A DNA stretch of 64,000 nt from an uncultured Solirubrobacterales bacterium. GTDB taxonomy: Bacteria; Actinomycetota; Thermoleophilia; Solirubrobacterales; 70-9. The notes below the pieces were generated by a model. That model saw only the letters and a program-made list of their open reading frames with translations, had not been told where the DNA came from and did no database searches. The stretch spans positions 45,067-109,066 of the forward strand of contig CAVWWX010000001.1 in assembly GCA_963758845.1 (NCBI GenBank). The letters run 5' to 3'. Each line of letters starts with the position of its first letter. The stretch's first letter is position 1. This document shows, in pieces, positions 61,996 through 64,000 of this stretch. Made by a program: the position numbers and the translations under genes.

Positions 61996-62518
61996 CGCAG
62001 GCCCTCCTCAGCTTCTCGATCACACGGTGCAGGCGGGTGCCGGCGTTGCTCTCGCTGGTGCCGAGCACGGACGCGATCTCGGCGTTGCCGAGGCCGGCGA
62101 AGAATTTGAGCGCGACCAGTTCGCGCTCGCGCGGCGCGAGCTGGGCCATCGCCGTCCGCAGGGCGGCCCGGCGCAGCGCCACCTCGGCCGCTTCGGCCGG
62201 GTCCGGCGCATCGGGGTCGACGGCGTCATCGGCCAGCTCGCCCAGGCGCTTTCGTCTTCGCAGCTCGTCGAGCGCGGCGTTCCGCGCGATCCCGAACAAC
62301 CAGGCCCGGCGGGTGCCCCGCCGCGGGTTGAAGCTGCGCCGCCGGCGAAACGCCCGCTCGAACGCCAAGGCCGTCACGTCCTCGGCGGCCGAGGCCTCTC
62401 GCAGCAGGCCGCGCACGTAGGCGTACAGGTCGTTGCGGCACTCGCGGTAGAGCACCTCGAAGGCGCTTGTCGCCTCGTCTTTGGCGCCGGTGGCGGGCGC
62501 GGTAAGCGTCTGCTCCAT
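61982..62518 (-). CDS. ECF-type RNA polymerase sigma-70 factor
   Basis: ATG 62518; region 2 ...DLYAYVRGLL..AEDVTALAFERAF, region 4 ...RERELVALKFFAGLGNAEIASVLGTSESNAGTRLHR. Confidence 0.88.
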   Translation of the reverse strand: MEQTLTAPATGAKDEATSAFEVLYRECRNDLYAYVRGLLREASAAEDVTALAFERAFRRRRSFNPRRGTRRAWLFGIARNAALDELRRRKRLGELADDAVDPDAPDPAEAAEVALRRAALRTAMAQLAPRERELVALKFFAGLGNAEIASVLGTSESNAGTRLHRVIEKLRRACDEAA

Positions 62519-62697
62519 GTCCGTACTACGGCGAAACGGCGATCCCATCACACCCACTATCGGACTTTCCACTCCGTCCCGCGAGCCGTTTCCTACCGGT
62601 GGTAGATTGGCGGCGATGACAGGGCCGGCGGCACCCGCGCCGCCCGCCAGGGACGCCGGACCGACGCCGCCGCCGGGGCCCGGCGCGGCGCGGCGGT

Positions 62698-64000
62698 CTA
62701 GGCGGCCCTCGCGACCTGGTCGGCGACCGCGGGCTTCAGCTCGCGCGGCTTCGGATACGCCGACTCGCTGGCCGCGCGGATCGCCTCGACCGTGATCACC
62801 ACAAGGCGGGTCAGGTCGGCCTTGGTGATCGAGAGCGGCGGCATCAACACGACGGTGTCGCCCAGCGGCCGGACGATCGCGCCGCGCCGGCGCGCCTCGA
62901 CGCTGACGCGGTGGCCGATGCGAAGGGCCGGGTCGTGCTCGCCGAGGTCGATGCCGATCATGAAGCCGCGGCCGCGGACCTCGGCGACCTCGTCCATCGC
63001 CGCCACGTCGCTCAACAGATCCCCCAGGAGCCGGACCTTCGGTTGCAGTCGAAGCAGCGTGCTCTCCTGCTCGAAGACCTCGAGGCTGGCGATGCCGGCG
63101 GCGCAGGCGAGCGGGTTCCCGGTGAAGGTGTGGCCGTGGAAGAACGTCCGGTAGTCCTCGTGGGCCCCGAGGAATCCCTCGTAGACCCGCTCGGTCGTGA
63201 GCGTGGCCGCGAGCGGCATGTAGCCCCCCGTGAGCCCCTTGCCCAGGCAGAGGAAATCCGGCGCGATCCGCTCCTGCTCGCAGGCGAACATCGTGCCCGT
63301 GCGGCCGAACCCGGTGGCCACCTCGTCGCAGATCAGGAGGATGCCGTGACGGTCGCAGAGGTCGCGCACGGCGCGCAGGTAGCCCGGCGGCTGAACCCTG
63401 ATCCCGGCCGCGCCCTGGACGAGCGGCTCGACGATCATGGCCGCGATCGTGGGGCCGTGGCCGGCCAGCAGCCGCTCGAGCTCGCCGGCGTCGCCGGGCT
63501 GGACCTGGTGCGAGTCGAACAGCAACGGCCGGTAGGCGGAGTGGAAGAGGTCGATGCCGCCCACGGAAACCGCCCCGAGCGTGTCCCCGTGGTAGCCGTC
63601 GGCCAGCGAGACGAACGCGGTCCGCTCGGTCGCGCCCTGTTGCTGGAAGTACTGGAACGCCATCTTCAGGGCGATTTCGGTCGCGGTCGACCCCGAGTCG
63701 GAGTAGAAGACTCGCTGGAGCCCCGGCGGAGCGATCGCGACGAGGCGCTCGGCCAGCTGCGCCGCTGGCGGGTGGGTCAGGCCGAGCATCGTCGAGTGCG
63801 CGACCCGCTCGAGCTGCTGGCGGATCGCGCTGTCGATCAGCGGGTGGCGGTGGCCGTGGACGTTGCACCAAAGCGAGGACACGCCGTCGATGTAGCGCGT
63901 CCCGTCCGAGGCGATGAGGTCGGTTCCGTCGGCGCGCTCGATGACCGGCTGGTCGGCCGACTCCCAGTCGCGCTGCTGGGTGAAGGGGTGCCACAGATGG
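62698..64000 (-). CDS. bioA: adenosylmethionine-8-amino-7-oxononanoate aminotransferase (5' end outside window)
   Basis: The frame continues to the window edge: HLWHPFTQQRDWE...YIDGVSSLWCNVHGH; DEVATGFGRTG, LGKGLTGG (PLP Lys). Confidence 0.9.
   Translation of the reverse strand, partial: HLWHPFTQQRDWESADQPVIERADGTDLIASDGTRYIDGVSSLWCNVHGHRHPLIDSAIRQQLERVAHSTMLGLTHPPAAQLAERLVAIAPPGLQRVFYSDSGSTATEIALKMAFQYFQQQGATERTAFVSLADGYHGDTLGAVSVGGIDLFHSAYRPLLFDSHQVQPGDAGELERLLAGHGPTIAAMIVEPLVQGAAGIRVQPPGYLRAVRDLCDRHGILLICDEVATGFGRTGTMFACEQERIAPDFLCLGKGLTGGYMPLAATLTTERVYEGFLGAHEDYRTFFHGHTFTGNPLACAAGIASLEVFEQESTLLRLQPKVRLLGDLLSDVAAMDEVAEVRGRGFMIGIDLGEHDPALRIGHRVSVEARRRGAIVRPLGDTVVLMPPLSITKADLTRLVVITVEAIRAASESAYPKPRELKPAVADQVARAA

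Noticed and set aside
62519-62620. ECF-type promoter (GGAAAC at 62593-62588, minus strand) upstream of the sigma gene
   Set aside because: There is a -35-like GGAAAC, but I could not find a matching CGTC/CGTT-type -10 at 16-17 nt spacing, so it is not reported as a feature.
61982-63994. 670-aa minus-strand ORF spanning bioA and the sigma gene
   Set aside because: Only its last 178 codons (from ATG 62518) are sigma-factor-like. The upstream part is out of frame with bioA.

Overview
High-GC (roughly 70%) actinobacterium-like chromosomal window; I cannot place it more precisely. About 80 features are supported, most from recognisable protein motifs in the ORF track.

**Layout**
- 1-20.6 kb: the tuf-S10-spc-alpha ribosomal super-operon, running tuf through rplQ and truA. 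rpmD and rpmJ are missing from the ORF track and were added by hand.
- 20.6-29.5 kb: surE, ligA, a cupin, a patatin, fadD, a DsbA-like gene pair, a TVP38 membrane protein and tRNA-Pro(CGG).
- 29.5-43 kb: a large sugar-phosphate block (rpiA; pgl and gnd divergent from zwf-tkt-tal-pgi-HAD-GH15-glk-membrane-epimerase), then sodA.
- 43.6-60 kb: the accessory, envelope-related part.
- 60-64 kb: rubredoxin, an ECF sigma factor with a DUF4349-type anti-sigma factor, and partial bioA.

**Most interesting region (43.6-60 kb)**
- Two convergent, mirror-image copies of a two-gene module: a secreted parallel-beta-helix protein plus a small lipoprotein that overlaps its 3' end. One beta-helix copy is broken by three frameshifts.
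- Next to it is a six-gene mce cluster with no yrbE permease or ATPase genes nearby, followed by an SCP2 lipid-carrier gene.

**Other oddities**
- Several ribosomal proteins carry long low-complexity tails.
- A cbs-cgl transsulfuration pair sits where infA normally lies.
- secY has no stop at its canonical end and reads into the antisense of a truncated NTF2-like gene.
- At least seven single-nucleotide frame disruptions interrupt otherwise conserved genes (probable rpsQ leader, surE, pgi, the second beta-helix gene three times, and the first mce gene). Sequencing error must be ruled out before treating these as real.

No CRISPR array, rRNA gene, transposase or integrase was seen. Family names come from motif recognition only; no database search was possible.
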